Below are positions 25,690 to 43,986 of a stretch of DNA of 64,000 nt, piece after piece. The notes under the pieces were generated by a model, which saw only the letters and a list, made by a program, of their open reading frames with translations, was not told the origin of the DNA and ran no database searches. How positions within the stretch are numbered: position 1 is the stretch's first letter; each line of letters begins with the position of its first letter. The position numbers and the translations under genes are program-made. Source of the stretch: Macrostomum lignano (taxonomy: Eukaryota); assembly GCA_002269645.1 (NCBI GenBank), contig NIVC01002267.1:1-64000 (forward strand), written 5' to 3'.

Positions 25690-26481
25690 CAAGCCAAATG
25701 ATGGCCATAGACAAAACGTCTGGAACAAAAAGTTAAGCGGAACAGTCTGAAATTATCATAGACGAAACATGTTAAATGAAGTTGTGGTCTTATAGGCTGG
25801 AACTCTGCAGCAGAGGGTACATGTTCCTGTTTCCTCCGTTTGCCCTAACCTCTATTCATGCCACTCATACGAATGATGAATTGGTCGAATTTGCCGATTG
25901 AAAGCATTGACGGCTTGAATGGAAATGAGGTCAACTTTCTCAGCGACTTGAGTATGGGTGGACGTGACGAGGCGGATGACGAGGAGTTGATGGAGTTCAT
26001 CCGATTCATTGAATGCGGTAACGATGATGCTCTGCCACCACTGCCAAGCGAAGAAGAGGCTTGCCCCGAGGATCCCATGCGGAACAAACCATGCGATTCG
26101 GCCGATGTGAGTGTAATTATTGTCGATTCTAGCTCTACTCATCGATTATTGCGGAACAATTGGTCCACGTTTCATTATGCCCACGTTACGGCCGTTTTCG
26201 TACATGTATACAATCTGTTTATTCAGCTTTGTTGTATTGAATAAAAAATATCCTCGCAAACGCATTGATACAGGAATATACAGATTGCTTATCTGCAAAT
26301 GGGTATATCCAAATATAACCCGTTGGGAATATCCAAAGATGGGGGGCGGCTTGACCATAGACTATTCGCAGATAATCAATCTGTTGTATTCCTGTTTCGA
26401 TGCCTGAAAGGCGCGCAAAAATTTACTTAGTTCACAATTTCCGTCGACGCAATCGTTTGTCGCCCAAACGAAACTAGGCAC

Positions 26482-26720
26482 AATTTCCCCATGAACCTTG
26501 ACACCTATAGCAATTCCCCCATGAACCTTGACACCTATAGCAATTCCCCCATGAGCCTTGACACCTATAGCAATTCCCCCATGAGCCTTGACACCTATAG
26601 CAATTCCCCCATGAGCCTTGACACCTATAGCAATTCCCCCATGAGCCTTGACACCTATAGCAATTCCCCCATTAGCCTTGACACCTATAGCAATTCCCCC
26701 ATGAGCCTTGACACATGTAG
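26482..26720. repeat. 30-bp minisatellite (TAGCAATTCCCCCATGAGCCTTGACACCTA)
   Basis: About 8 copies; ORF 26491..26751 repeats MSLDTYSNSP. Confidence 0.93.
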
Positions 26721-26869
26721 CAAACTTTTTCGACGCAAGAGCCAGAAATAAAATCTAGCGCATGACTGCGGGCCAGAAAGAGGAGAGGAGAGAAGAGAGG
26801 AGAGTGGAGATGAGAGGAGAGGAAAGAGAAGGGAGGCGTGGTGGGGAGAGGGAAGATCAGGGGAGAAAG

Positions 26870-27261
26870 GGGGGTGGCCGTAGCCCAGCGGTAGCGCAGC
26901 TGCTCTGGTGTGCCAGCGACCCAGGCTCGATTCCAAGTGCAGTCACATTAATTTGGGGCTGAATTGGAATCTCGGCTTGGCTCTGCTCGCGCAATTAACG
27001 GCCTTGAGAGCCAACCCCCCAAGGCGCAGTGAAGTGTACATGCCTAACGACAAAATAAAGTTAGGGCCGCTGTACACTCCTGTGTTAGTGTGTGCCTGCG
27101 TACGTATCCGCGCGCTAGTGTGCCTGCGTACGTATCCGCGCGCTAGTGTGCCTGCTCAGGGGAGTCGGCGGAATGGGCAGCAATGCCTCTCGCCGGTTGT
27201 GTGCCAATGTCGCTTAAAGTGCGCCAGGGTGCACACAACCCCCCTGCCTCTAATAAAAAAA
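26870..27261 (+). mobile_element. tRNA-derived SINE family B, full length, followed by an ATGGCCTTGAGAATCGC minisatellite (27262-27410) and a second 3' tail (27410-27431)
   Basis: A-box TAGCCCAGCGG, B-box-like GGCTCGATTCC, A-rich tail; internal 28-bp duplication GTGTGCCTGCGTACGTATCCGCGCGCTA. Confidence 0.88.
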
Positions 27262-28252
27262 TAATGGCCTTGAGAATCGCCTCTTCCCAATGGCCTTGAG
27301 AATCGCCTCTCTCCCGATGGCCTTGAGAATCGCTTCTCTCCCAATGGCCTTGAGAATCGCCTCTCTCCCGATGGCCTTGAGAATCGCTTCTCTCCCAATG
27401 GCCTTGAGACCCCCCTGTCTCTAATAAAAAAGAGGGGAGAAAGGAGAGAATAATGAAGAGGAGAGAGGAGAGAGGCGAGATGAGAGATGAGAGGGTAGAT
27501 TGAGGGGAGAGAGGAGAGAGAGAAAGGATAGGACTAGGAGACCCCGAAGGAGCAGAGAGAGGAGACGTGAGAAGAGACAAACCTTGAGCCATATTGCTAT
27601 TGTGAGGTTTCAGGGACCCGAGAGCCGGATAGAGAGGCTTCGTAGGAGTGTAAATACGAGTGTCATTTTAGTCCGTCGAAAGTTGTCAATACAATGTGCA
27701 ATTAAGGTGTCAATTTTGATAGAAAAAAACACAGTTATTGCATACACAACAGTATTTTTCAGAACTAAAACGTGCATTCAAGTACAGCATACATGTACGC
27801 CTGTATAATTGGAGCATTTGTTAAAAATGAACGAACTTAAAATGAACAATTTGAACGTTTTTGCCACAAAAATTAAAACAAAGTGCATAGAGAAACGTAT
27901 AGACATAATAATAAAAAATCCGCTCACAACTGCGCAGTAGAGGCCATATCTTTAAAAAAAATTGCATCGTGCAAAATTAGGGAGAAAAAACTTTTGACTT
28001 CAGCACAAAATCGTGAAAATTACGAATAGATTAAAACAACAAGTTATAATAAGAGTTAAAATCTACGGCAACGTATTCGTGCGACTTGTTTAAATTATGA
28101 CAACCAAAAAAGTTCGAGTCCTTATTGCACATAGTTGAATGTGAATAACTGCAGAAGACACCAAATCACAAATCATTAGTATCGAAAGCTACACTCTTAA
28201 TTTAGATCAGGCTGGCATAGTGGCATGTAGTCTTTGTTTGTACATTTGTATT

Positions 28253-35766
<7,514 letters not shown>

Positions 35767-37167
35767 ATTCAAATCTGTCTATCTATTATTTTTTAACCGA
35801 AATAGACCCAAGTGTGAAGCAAGGCGACCTTCGTAACAACAATCTTTATAGCAAAAATATGGGTTCTGACACAACTAAAATAACAGAGTCAAACATTTTG
35901 TAGGAGGGCAAAAAATTTTTATTAAATACATACGCAGTAATTAAAACACAAAAATACTATTATGACTTTGTTTGATAAAAAGAAATTAGCGAATAAGAAA
36001 AAAATGTTTTCGCATTTGTTATACCGTTACAACACAAAGTTAGAAAACTTTAGTAATTTAAAATACGGAGGGTAACTGTATTATTACTTTAGCAACTTCA
36101 ATCATTTACAGAGCGAATGACAGAATTTGCAATCGAACGTTTTGTCTCGTAATGCTTTGCAAAGTATCTTGCTTTCAGTTTTTGATGATTATTAAAATTA
36201 TAAATTAAGAGAGATTTCGTCGAGATGTCCATTCCAGTAGTTTTCTCGCAAATGTAGCATGTACATGCATGTAACCATTAATTAAAATGCGCTAATAAAA
36301 ATTCACGAAAAAGCGAGGCAGTGAAGGAAAACGATAAGGTTTTTCTAGCATTTTTCTACTTTCTTGAAATCAAGTTTTGTCGTTTTGATCTTAATACTAT
36401 CATATGTGCAGAGTTTCATGAACAGCAGCGGCATTTCGAGGGAATTTTTATTAAAATGCTCTCGCAACCCTTTTAGGGTTGCCAATATTAATTTAATTGG
36501 TGAGACACCCCTGTCTTTTAGGCGGGTTCCCCTACTTATCTCCTATACGGCAGATGCCATATGTCTAACAGGTGACTAAATTTGAGCACCTGTGATTCGT
36601 CGAGCTTGCATAAATGGTTCATTCTTTCATTAGTTTTTGGTGGAGCGCAACTTTTGTGGGTCGGCGATTCGGGGGCGCGCCCCCCGGCCCCCCATTCTCG
36701 TACCAGATGTACGTGTACACGGGCAGATTGTATAGTAGCTTTTAGATCGATGGAATTAAGACAAGGATTTCTGATACCAGGGGCTTTTTAGGAGCTAAAT
36801 TCAGTTTCGATATAAAATTAATTAGTCATCTTTCACCTTTAAAAGTAAATGGAAACTCAACTTAATTCATCATAAGCGTCAGAAATTTAAAACAATCACA
36901 ATAATAAAGCGCAGCCAAGATGCGCGCTAATAAAATCCAATGAAACCATTATAAGTGTACTTTCGAACAAAAAATGGTCGGAGATCGGCACGATAGGCAG
37001 AATATCGCGATCCCGTTCAAGTCAAGTTTGTACTCGGTAAATATTTTTTCGCCACAGAATAAGAAACGTAATGTGACATACAGGCAGAGTCGTGAGACTT
37101 AAAGGCACAAGTCAGATAGTTTAAATTAAATAAACAAACAAAGGAAAATCAATAATACATAAACTTG

Positions 37168-40100
37168 TCACTCAATGTCTCCCTTCTCCATGAACAAATG
37201 TTTCACGTGAAGCTCATCTGGCGGATAGTCGCATTCCAACTGGCTGAAGCTGACGTCACCGAAGTAGGGCGCTCGCGTGGTCTCTCGGATCGAGGGCCGC
37301 CTGCTGGGATCGCGTCTGAGCAGCGAGCGGAGCAGCTTCTCCAGTGATTGGTCGCGCGGCTCCTCCAGCTGGCAGGCCTCGCACAGGTGAAATCGCCAGC
37401 AGGGGTCTGCCGAGTTTTGAAATTTGCTCCACATGTGCGCGCTGGACGGAATGCAGATCTCGCTGACGAAGAAGCCGAATAGCCAGGAGTCAATTCTAAT
37501 GGGGATTTGGATGGGGCGATCCTGGGCGATTGCGCTTGTGCGTTGCTGAGAGAAAGAATAGAGGGAGGTGGTAGGGATATGATAGAGACAGGGAGATGAT
37601 AGAGGGGACCGGGAAATGATAGAGGGGACAGGGAGATGATAGAGGGGACAGGGAGATGATAGAGAGGACAGGTAGATGATAGAGGGGAAAGGGAGATGAT
37701 AGAGGAGACAGCGAGATAATAGAGGGGACAAGGAGATGATAGAGGGGACAAGGAGATCATAGAGGGGACAGGGAGATAGTAGAGGAGACAGGGAGATAAT
37801 AGAGGGGACAGGGAGATGATAGAGAGACAGGGAGATAGTAGAGGAGACAGAGAGATGATAGAGGGGACAGGGAGATAGTAGAGGGGACAGGGAGATAGTA
37901 GAGCGAGACGGTGAGATGATAGATGGAGACAGCGAGATGATAGAGGGAGACTGAAGGATGGTAGAGGGAGATAGGGAGGTGGGAGATGGGAGACATAGAG
38001 AAGGAGACTGGGAGATGGTAGAAGGAGACTGGGAGATGATAGAGGGAGACAGGGAGATGGTAGAGGGAGACAGGGAGATGGTAGAGTGGACAGGTAGAGT
38101 GACAGGGAGATGGTAGAGAGAGACAGGGAAAGGTAGACAGGGAGAGGTAGACAGGGAGATAATAGACTAGCAGACATTAAATAAAATGAGAATGAGAGAA
38201 GTCGTGAGAGAGAGGCCAGGAGAAGGAATAGTACAAGTAAACTAACTAATAAGAAACAAACTTCAGACCATGAATAAAAAGAAATGAGGATGTGGAGGCC
38301 CCACCCCAGCCTCCTCACTTGTAGTCGTTGGTGCCGGCCCCCAGCACCAGGCACTCTGGTGGGTAGTACTGCATAGTGGTGACTCGCTTATTCGGCACGT
38401 ACGAATCCCGGCCGGTTTTGCATTCAACGGCCAGTCCGAAGTCGGCCAGCTGGGGCAGGCCTCGGTGATCAATGAGCACATTGTCGGCTTTGATGTCCTT
38501 ATGGCAGATGCCGATGCGGTGCAGCCGGTGAACTGCGCTCAGCACACACGCTGAGTAGTACTTGACGAAGCCGGTTGGGAATGACCCGATCTCCCGCTTG
38601 ATCACCTGTGGGTGCTCATGAACTCACTCATGAACTCACTCATGAACTCGCTCATGAACTCACTCATGAACTCGCTCATGAACTCGCTCATGAACTCACT
38701 CATGAACTCGCTCATGAACTCACTCATGAACTCACTCATGAACTCACTCATGAACTCGCTCATGAACTCACTCATGAACTCACTCATGGACTCACTCATG
38801 AACTCACTCATTAACTCGCTCATGAATTCACTCATGAACTCACTCATGAACTCACTCATGAACTCACTCATGAACTCACTCAGAAAACCACTCATGAACT
38901 CACTCAGAAACCCACTCATGAACTCACTCATGAACTCGCTCATGAACTCACTCATGTACTCGCTCATGGACTCACTCATGAACTCACTCAGAAACCCACT
39001 CATGAACTCACTCATGAACTCACTCATGAACTCACTTATGAACTCACTCATGAACTCACTCATGGACTCACTCATGAACTCACTCATGAACTCACTCATG
39101 AACTCACTCATGAACTCACTTATGAACTTACTCATGAACTCACTCATGGACTCACTCATGAACTCACTCATGAACTCACTCATGAACTCACTCATGAACT
39201 CACTCATGGACTCACTCATGAACTCACTCATGAACTCACTCATGAACTCACTCACTCACTTATGAACTCATAACTAGTCATCACACTCGCTCAATCTTAC
39301 CTTCAATGAAGAGTGCTTTGCCTTGTACATAACTGACACGAAGAACTTGGCGGTGATATAGTACACCAGCAGATCCGAGATAAACCTGGACTCCCGCTGT
39401 GCCGCAATCTGCAAATTCGCTTTGAGCTGGTAGCGCTCGGTTCTGCTGCGACAGGCGCTGTGCAGACAGACCTTCATGGCCAGGCTGGACGAGTGCTGGC
39501 GACGCCGGACGAATAGAACGAATCCCTGGCCTTCGGGGTTGGGATTTGACAGGGATCAGTTGACGGAAGAAGGATTTGAGAAGGATTAAGATAGTTACCC
39601 TCATGATTCAATAATTATTAGAAATATATCTCCCATAATCTGGTTATAACTGTCCATTAAAGGATTATGAGAAATATCCCCTTGATGAGATAATACCGGG
39701 CAATTGGGTATTAAAGTCGAAAACAAATATCCTCATGATGGGAATTAAATGATTATGAGAAATATTTCCATGTTGGGAATTTAAGGATTAGGAGAAATAT
39801 CCTCCTGTTGGGAAATAAAGGATTTAGGTAAAAAATCCCCATGTTGGTAATTAAAGGATTAGAACAAATATCCTCATGTTGGGAATTAAAGGATTAGGAG
39901 AAATATCCCCGTGTTTGAGATCAAAGGAATATGAAAAATATCCCCATGTTGGGAATTAAATGATTAGGAGAAATATCCCCATGTTTGAGATCAAAGGATT
40001 ATGAAAAATATCCCCATGTTGGGAATTAAAGGATTAGGAGAAATATCCTCATGTTGGGAAGCAACGGATTATGAGAACTATCCCCATGTTGGGAATTAGG

Positions 40101-40810
40101 ATTAGGATAAATATCCCCATGTTGGGAATTAAAGCATTGGGAGAAATGTCCCTATGATATGGATTAAATTATTAGGAGAATTATCCCCATGTTGGAGATT
40201 AAAGGATTAGGAGAAAAGGAGAAATATCCCATGACATGATGAAAGTTTTGAAAAAAATGAGAAAATATCCCTGTGATTATGAGGTACAATTCCCAGTTTT
40301 GAGATGAACGGATCCCGGGATGGGATAAATAAGTCAGTAGCTTATCCATCGATGAGTCTCACCTCCAACAAAGATCCGGCGATCCTTTCTCTGCAGCACG
40401 TATTCGCACATTTGCCACTTCTTTGCTCCCTCGGAGAATCGAACGGTGTCCATGGTGACTTCGCAGAACAGATCGGCAATGTTTAAACTACTGACCAGCT
40501 TCATGAACTCCTTCTTGTCCAAGTTGGCCCAGTCTATGCACAGCTGGTTGTGGTTGTTTCGGTCTTTTCTTGTTCGTCTTCCGCCGGCGCGCGACTTTCG
40601 CTTGCGCGTTCGACAATTGTCGATTACGTCGGAACAGTTCAAGCTGATGCTGGCCAACTGACAAACCTGATGAGCTGATGCCAACAATATTGACTCTTGT
40701 TGGTTGCCATGGAAACTATCATTAATATCAGCCTGGCCGCTTCTGCTCAGGTAGTCGCTTGAAAACTGACTGGATAAAACTGGTAGGGAGCTGGTGAACT
40801 TTTTTAGCAT
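37168..40810 (-). CDS. Divergent Ser/Thr protein kinase, AGC-like, non-RD; 4 exons 40810-40363, 39530-39301, 38605-38319, 37495-37168 (430 aa)
   Basis: LAMKV (VAIK), ICHKDIKADNVLI, LADFGLA, YYPPE, YKIDSWLFG, LLRRDPSRRP, and an AGC-like tail FGDVSFSQLE...PP. GT-AG introns with consistent phases 1/0/2. Confidence 0.85.
37570..38160. repeat. Purine-rich ~20-bp minisatellite (GATAGAGGGGACAGGGAGAT) in kinase intron 3
   Basis: Read directly. Confidence 0.9.
38614..39265. repeat. 12-bp minisatellite (CATGAACTCACT) in kinase intron 2
   Basis: About 54 copies; explains the SEFM/MNSL/HELT ORFs. Confidence 0.97.
39690..40230. repeat. ~35-bp degenerate minisatellite (GGAGAAATATCCCCATGTTGGGAATTAAAGGATTA) in kinase intron 1
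   Basis: About 14 copies. Confidence 0.9.
40703..40716. promoter_or_regulatory. Candidate RFX X-box GTTGCCATGGAAAC
   Basis: Exact match to GTTNCCATGGNAAC, ~95 bp downstream of the kinase ATG and upstream of BBS5 on the same strand. It lies in coding sequence, so it may be coincidental. Confidence 0.35.
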
Positions 40811-40963
40811 GGCTTTTGTAAGGATTCAGTAAAAATTATGAGAAACTGAAATTAAAATATACTTTGTTTCATAAATCAACTTTATTCAGTTATTTGACAA
40901 CTTCTGGTAATCAAGTTTGTTGTTGATTTGTGCCACAGACAATAGTTGTATATGGCTTGCATA

Positions 40964-41335
40964 GGGGGGCCGTAGCCCAGCGGTAGCGCAGCTGCTCTGG
41001 TGTGCCAGCGACCCAGGCTCGATTCCAAGTGCAGTCACATTAATTTGGGGTTGAATTGGAATCTCGGCTTGGCTCTGCTCGTGCAATTAACGGCCTTGAG
41101 AGCCAACCCCCCAAGGCGCAGTGAAGTGTACATGCCTAACGATAAAATAAAGTTAGGGCCGCTGTACACTCCTGTGTGAGTGTGTGCCTGCGTACGTATG
41201 ACTGCGTACGTATCCGCGCGCTTGTATGCCTGCTCAGGGGAGTCGGCGGAATGGGCAGTAATGCCTCTCGCCGGTTGTGTGCCTATGTCGCTTAAAGTGC
41301 GCCAGGGTGCACACAACCCCCCTGCCTCTAAAAAA
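40964..41335 (+). mobile_element. tRNA-derived SINE family B, full length, with 11-bp TSD
   Basis: A/B boxes, A-tail, and ATGGCTTGCAT at 40952-40962 and 41336-41346. Confidence 0.92.
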
Positions 41336-41844
41336 ATGGCTTGCATGGTTGAGATGCGCCGTGATCGTAGATATTCACGAGAGAGAATATTTTTGGGTTT
41401 AATTTTGACTCCGAGCTTTTGTCTATGGCCCTACAAATGAAGTCCTTTGTTTGCACCCATTGATAAAACGAATTTTTCATTTTTGCTCTAAAAGAGAATA
41501 GCTGAAATTGTCTTTAAAACTACTGATATTACTGTTAGTAATACTATATATACTTTTAAAATTCAAGCTTAAATACGAGGTATATAAATTTAGTTGGATG
41601 GACAAACAATCAGATCCTACAGGCTTTCAACTCGAAATGCAGCCATTAGCATTAGATATTCAACAGTAAAATCAGTGTGTCACAAAATAGTTAAAAGGAA
41701 AAAGCTTAGAATAGGCTTTTAGAATATTGACAAGGCAATTTCATGCAGTTCTAGTCGTGTTTGCACTAACAAGAAATTTTCAAACAAATATTGCTTTGCT
41801 TGTTCAAAACCCAGAAATCTTTTGTTAAAACTTTGCTATTTCAG

Positions 41845-42228
41845 TAGCTGACGCCCCTTCTGTTGCTGACATCCCCTCTGTAGCTGACGCCCCCTCTATA
41901 GCTGGCATCCCTCTATAGCTGGCATCCCATCTGTAGCTGGCATCCCCTCTGTTGCTGGCATCCTCTCTGCAGCTGGCATCCCCTCTGTAGCTGGCATCCC
42001 CTCTGTAGCTGGCATCCCCTCTGTTGCTGGCATCCTCTCTGCAGCTGGCATCCCCTCTGTAGCTGGCATCCCCTCTGTAGCTGGCATCCCCTCTGTTGCT
42101 GGCATCCTCTCTGCAGCTGGCATCCCCTCTGTTGCTGGCATCCCCTCTGTAGCTGACATCCCCTCTGTAGCTGGCATCCCCTCTGTAGCTGACATCCCCT
42201 CTGTAGCTGGCATCCCCTCTGTAGCTGG
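41845..42228. repeat. 18-bp minisatellite (TAGCTGGCATCCCCTCTG)
   Basis: About 21 copies. Confidence 0.96.
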
Positions 42229-42937
42229 CTCTCATTAAATAGCAAGTTTACCTAGGAGCAAGGAAGTCGAGGTAATCCGTTTTAAACAATGCAACTAACT
42301 CGTTGTAGAAATGATGGTAGTGGTAATAATAATAACAATATTAATGATATTAAAATTTGCTGAAGGGCTGTCGGCTCTCTGGCTCAACGCCTTCGGCGTC
42401 AATCCTAATCCTAACAAAGCCAAAAAGTTTTCAAAAACTTCTAATCATTTACATGTGTACGCTTCATCCAAAAAAGCTAATTTGTTGCACACGTAGATCG
42501 ATTTGATGAGCTTCCAAACACCGTTGCGCATGCAGCTTTCTACAGGGATCCAGCCACACAGACCAGGATTGAAATTGAGCGATTGCTAAACTGTGTTTGC
42601 CGTCTTGATCATGCAGCAGGGCTACAGCTAATGCTGCTGTGCTTTTCAACGGCAAACAGTGTAACAAAAAATCCAAAGCCGAGCTTCAAAAATTTGCCAG
42701 GAGGGGAGTTCATCCAGAGTATATTTGATCTTCGTCGAGGGAATGGCCAGTCTTCCAGTCGGGTTTAGCCAAATTTACAGAATCGAAATTTTAGCTGAAA
42801 ATTAGTTACACCTGCTCAGTTTGCTTTTGCCAGTTAGGTTACCATTTGGTTGCTAGGCAGATGAAATTTGTATTGTTTTAGTGATGGCTCTGGGGATTCG
42901 GTGTCCATGCAGCTCGAGCTTACAACAGTTTCATATT

Positions 42938-43690
42938 TCAGTTGAATGGCGACACGCACTCGCACAGCCCCGATGTTATCTCGGCATTGGCCTCATAGAC
43001 ATCAACCAGTTTTTTCATCCCTGGATAGCGAGTCACAACATTCTCCTTGTCACCTGGATCAGTGGGCTCTCCTTCAGCCCACAGGCTGCCGTTTAGGGTG
43101 ATGTTGCAGCCGACCCAGTGCCAGCCTCCGTCGGGCTCAGCGCTCCCAGCAGGCTGCAAACCTCCGAGAAAGAAGCCCTTTCCTGAGCTGCGCAAATCGT
43201 AAATCTCGTCCACGTGGCTCATCTCGGTGGCGTCTTCCACATCGGCCATGATTACCAGGCCGCTCTCCGACTCGCACTTCTGTCTGCTCACCGACCAGTT
43301 TCCGGTGTTGTTGTACACCTTGTACTTCACTCCGCACAGGTCGTCTCCGTAGCCAGACGGACACAGCGCGCCCGCCTCGAGTCCCGGCTGCTGCTTCACA
43401 AACACCCGGCCTCTCCTGGAGCAGCCGCAGTCCCTCACCGACTTGCTGCACTTGTCGAACACGAACAGCTGGCACGGACCGTCAGCCAGGCTGAACGCCT
43501 GACAGCGCGGGTTGCGGCTGCACAGGGCGGCACATAAATACTTTGTCCCTGAGCCACCTGGAGTCTCAATGAAGTCGCTCCTGATGCACAGGTAGCCGGT
43601 GATCAGGTTGTAGGCGTCCTGCATCGCAGCTGGAGCTTGCAGAGCCAGCAGGACCAGGGCGACTCTCGCTTGGAGTCCGAGCGTCTTCAT
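42938..43690 (-). CDS. Secreted protein with PAN/apple-like and C-type lectin-like domains, single exon (250 aa)
   Basis: Hydrophobic signal peptide (VALVLLALQAPAA); CAALCSRNPRCQAF...CQLF; then CPSGY...NWSVSRQKCE...FFLGG...GWHW...LWAEGEPTD...ENVV...LVDV...GLCE. Confidence 0.82.
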   Translation of the reverse strand: MKTLGLQARVALVLLALQAPAAMQDAYNLITGYLCIRSDFIETPGGSGTKYLCAALCSRNPRCQAFSLADGPCQLFVFDKCSKSVRDCGCSRRGRVFVKQQPGLEAGALCPSGYGDDLCGVKYKVYNNTGNWSVSRQKCESESGLVIMADVEDATEMSHVDEIYDLRSSGKGFFLGGLQPAGSAEPDGGWHWVGCNITLNGSLWAEGEPTDPGDKENVVTRYPGMKKLVDVYEANAEITSGLCECVSPFN

Positions 43691-43986
43691 GGCTCACTGG
43701 GCGCCAGAGAGATTCAGATGAGCTGAGCTGAGTTGCACTGACGTGTTCGAGAGATAGCGGACTGGGGTAAAATTGAGGCCAGTGCTGCATCAGGGATGCT
43801 TTTATGCTGCTTGGCCCGCTGGCTGCGTGAGCTGTCATTGGTTGGGACACAGCATACTGGAGCAGAGTTTGGTTTTATTGTATTTAAATTTGAGGAGGCG
43901 ACATCCGAATGGTGAGCTTCTATCTCTGTGTAGAAAGCGAGAAAGCGAGATGGGGGCTCGTGGTTGGCCAGGGCCGTCCTGAGCCC

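Noticed and set aside
25858-26244. 128-aa acidic ORF
   Set aside because: No recognisable domain; noted only as context for the surrounding repeat block.
38602-39265. 217-aa SEFM / MNSL ORFs
   Set aside because: Translation of a 12-bp intronic repeat bounded by kinase splice sites.
42490-42768. Plus-strand open frame (FYRDPATQTRIEIERLLNC...)
   Set aside because: Protein-like, but with no start or splice context and no family I can name.
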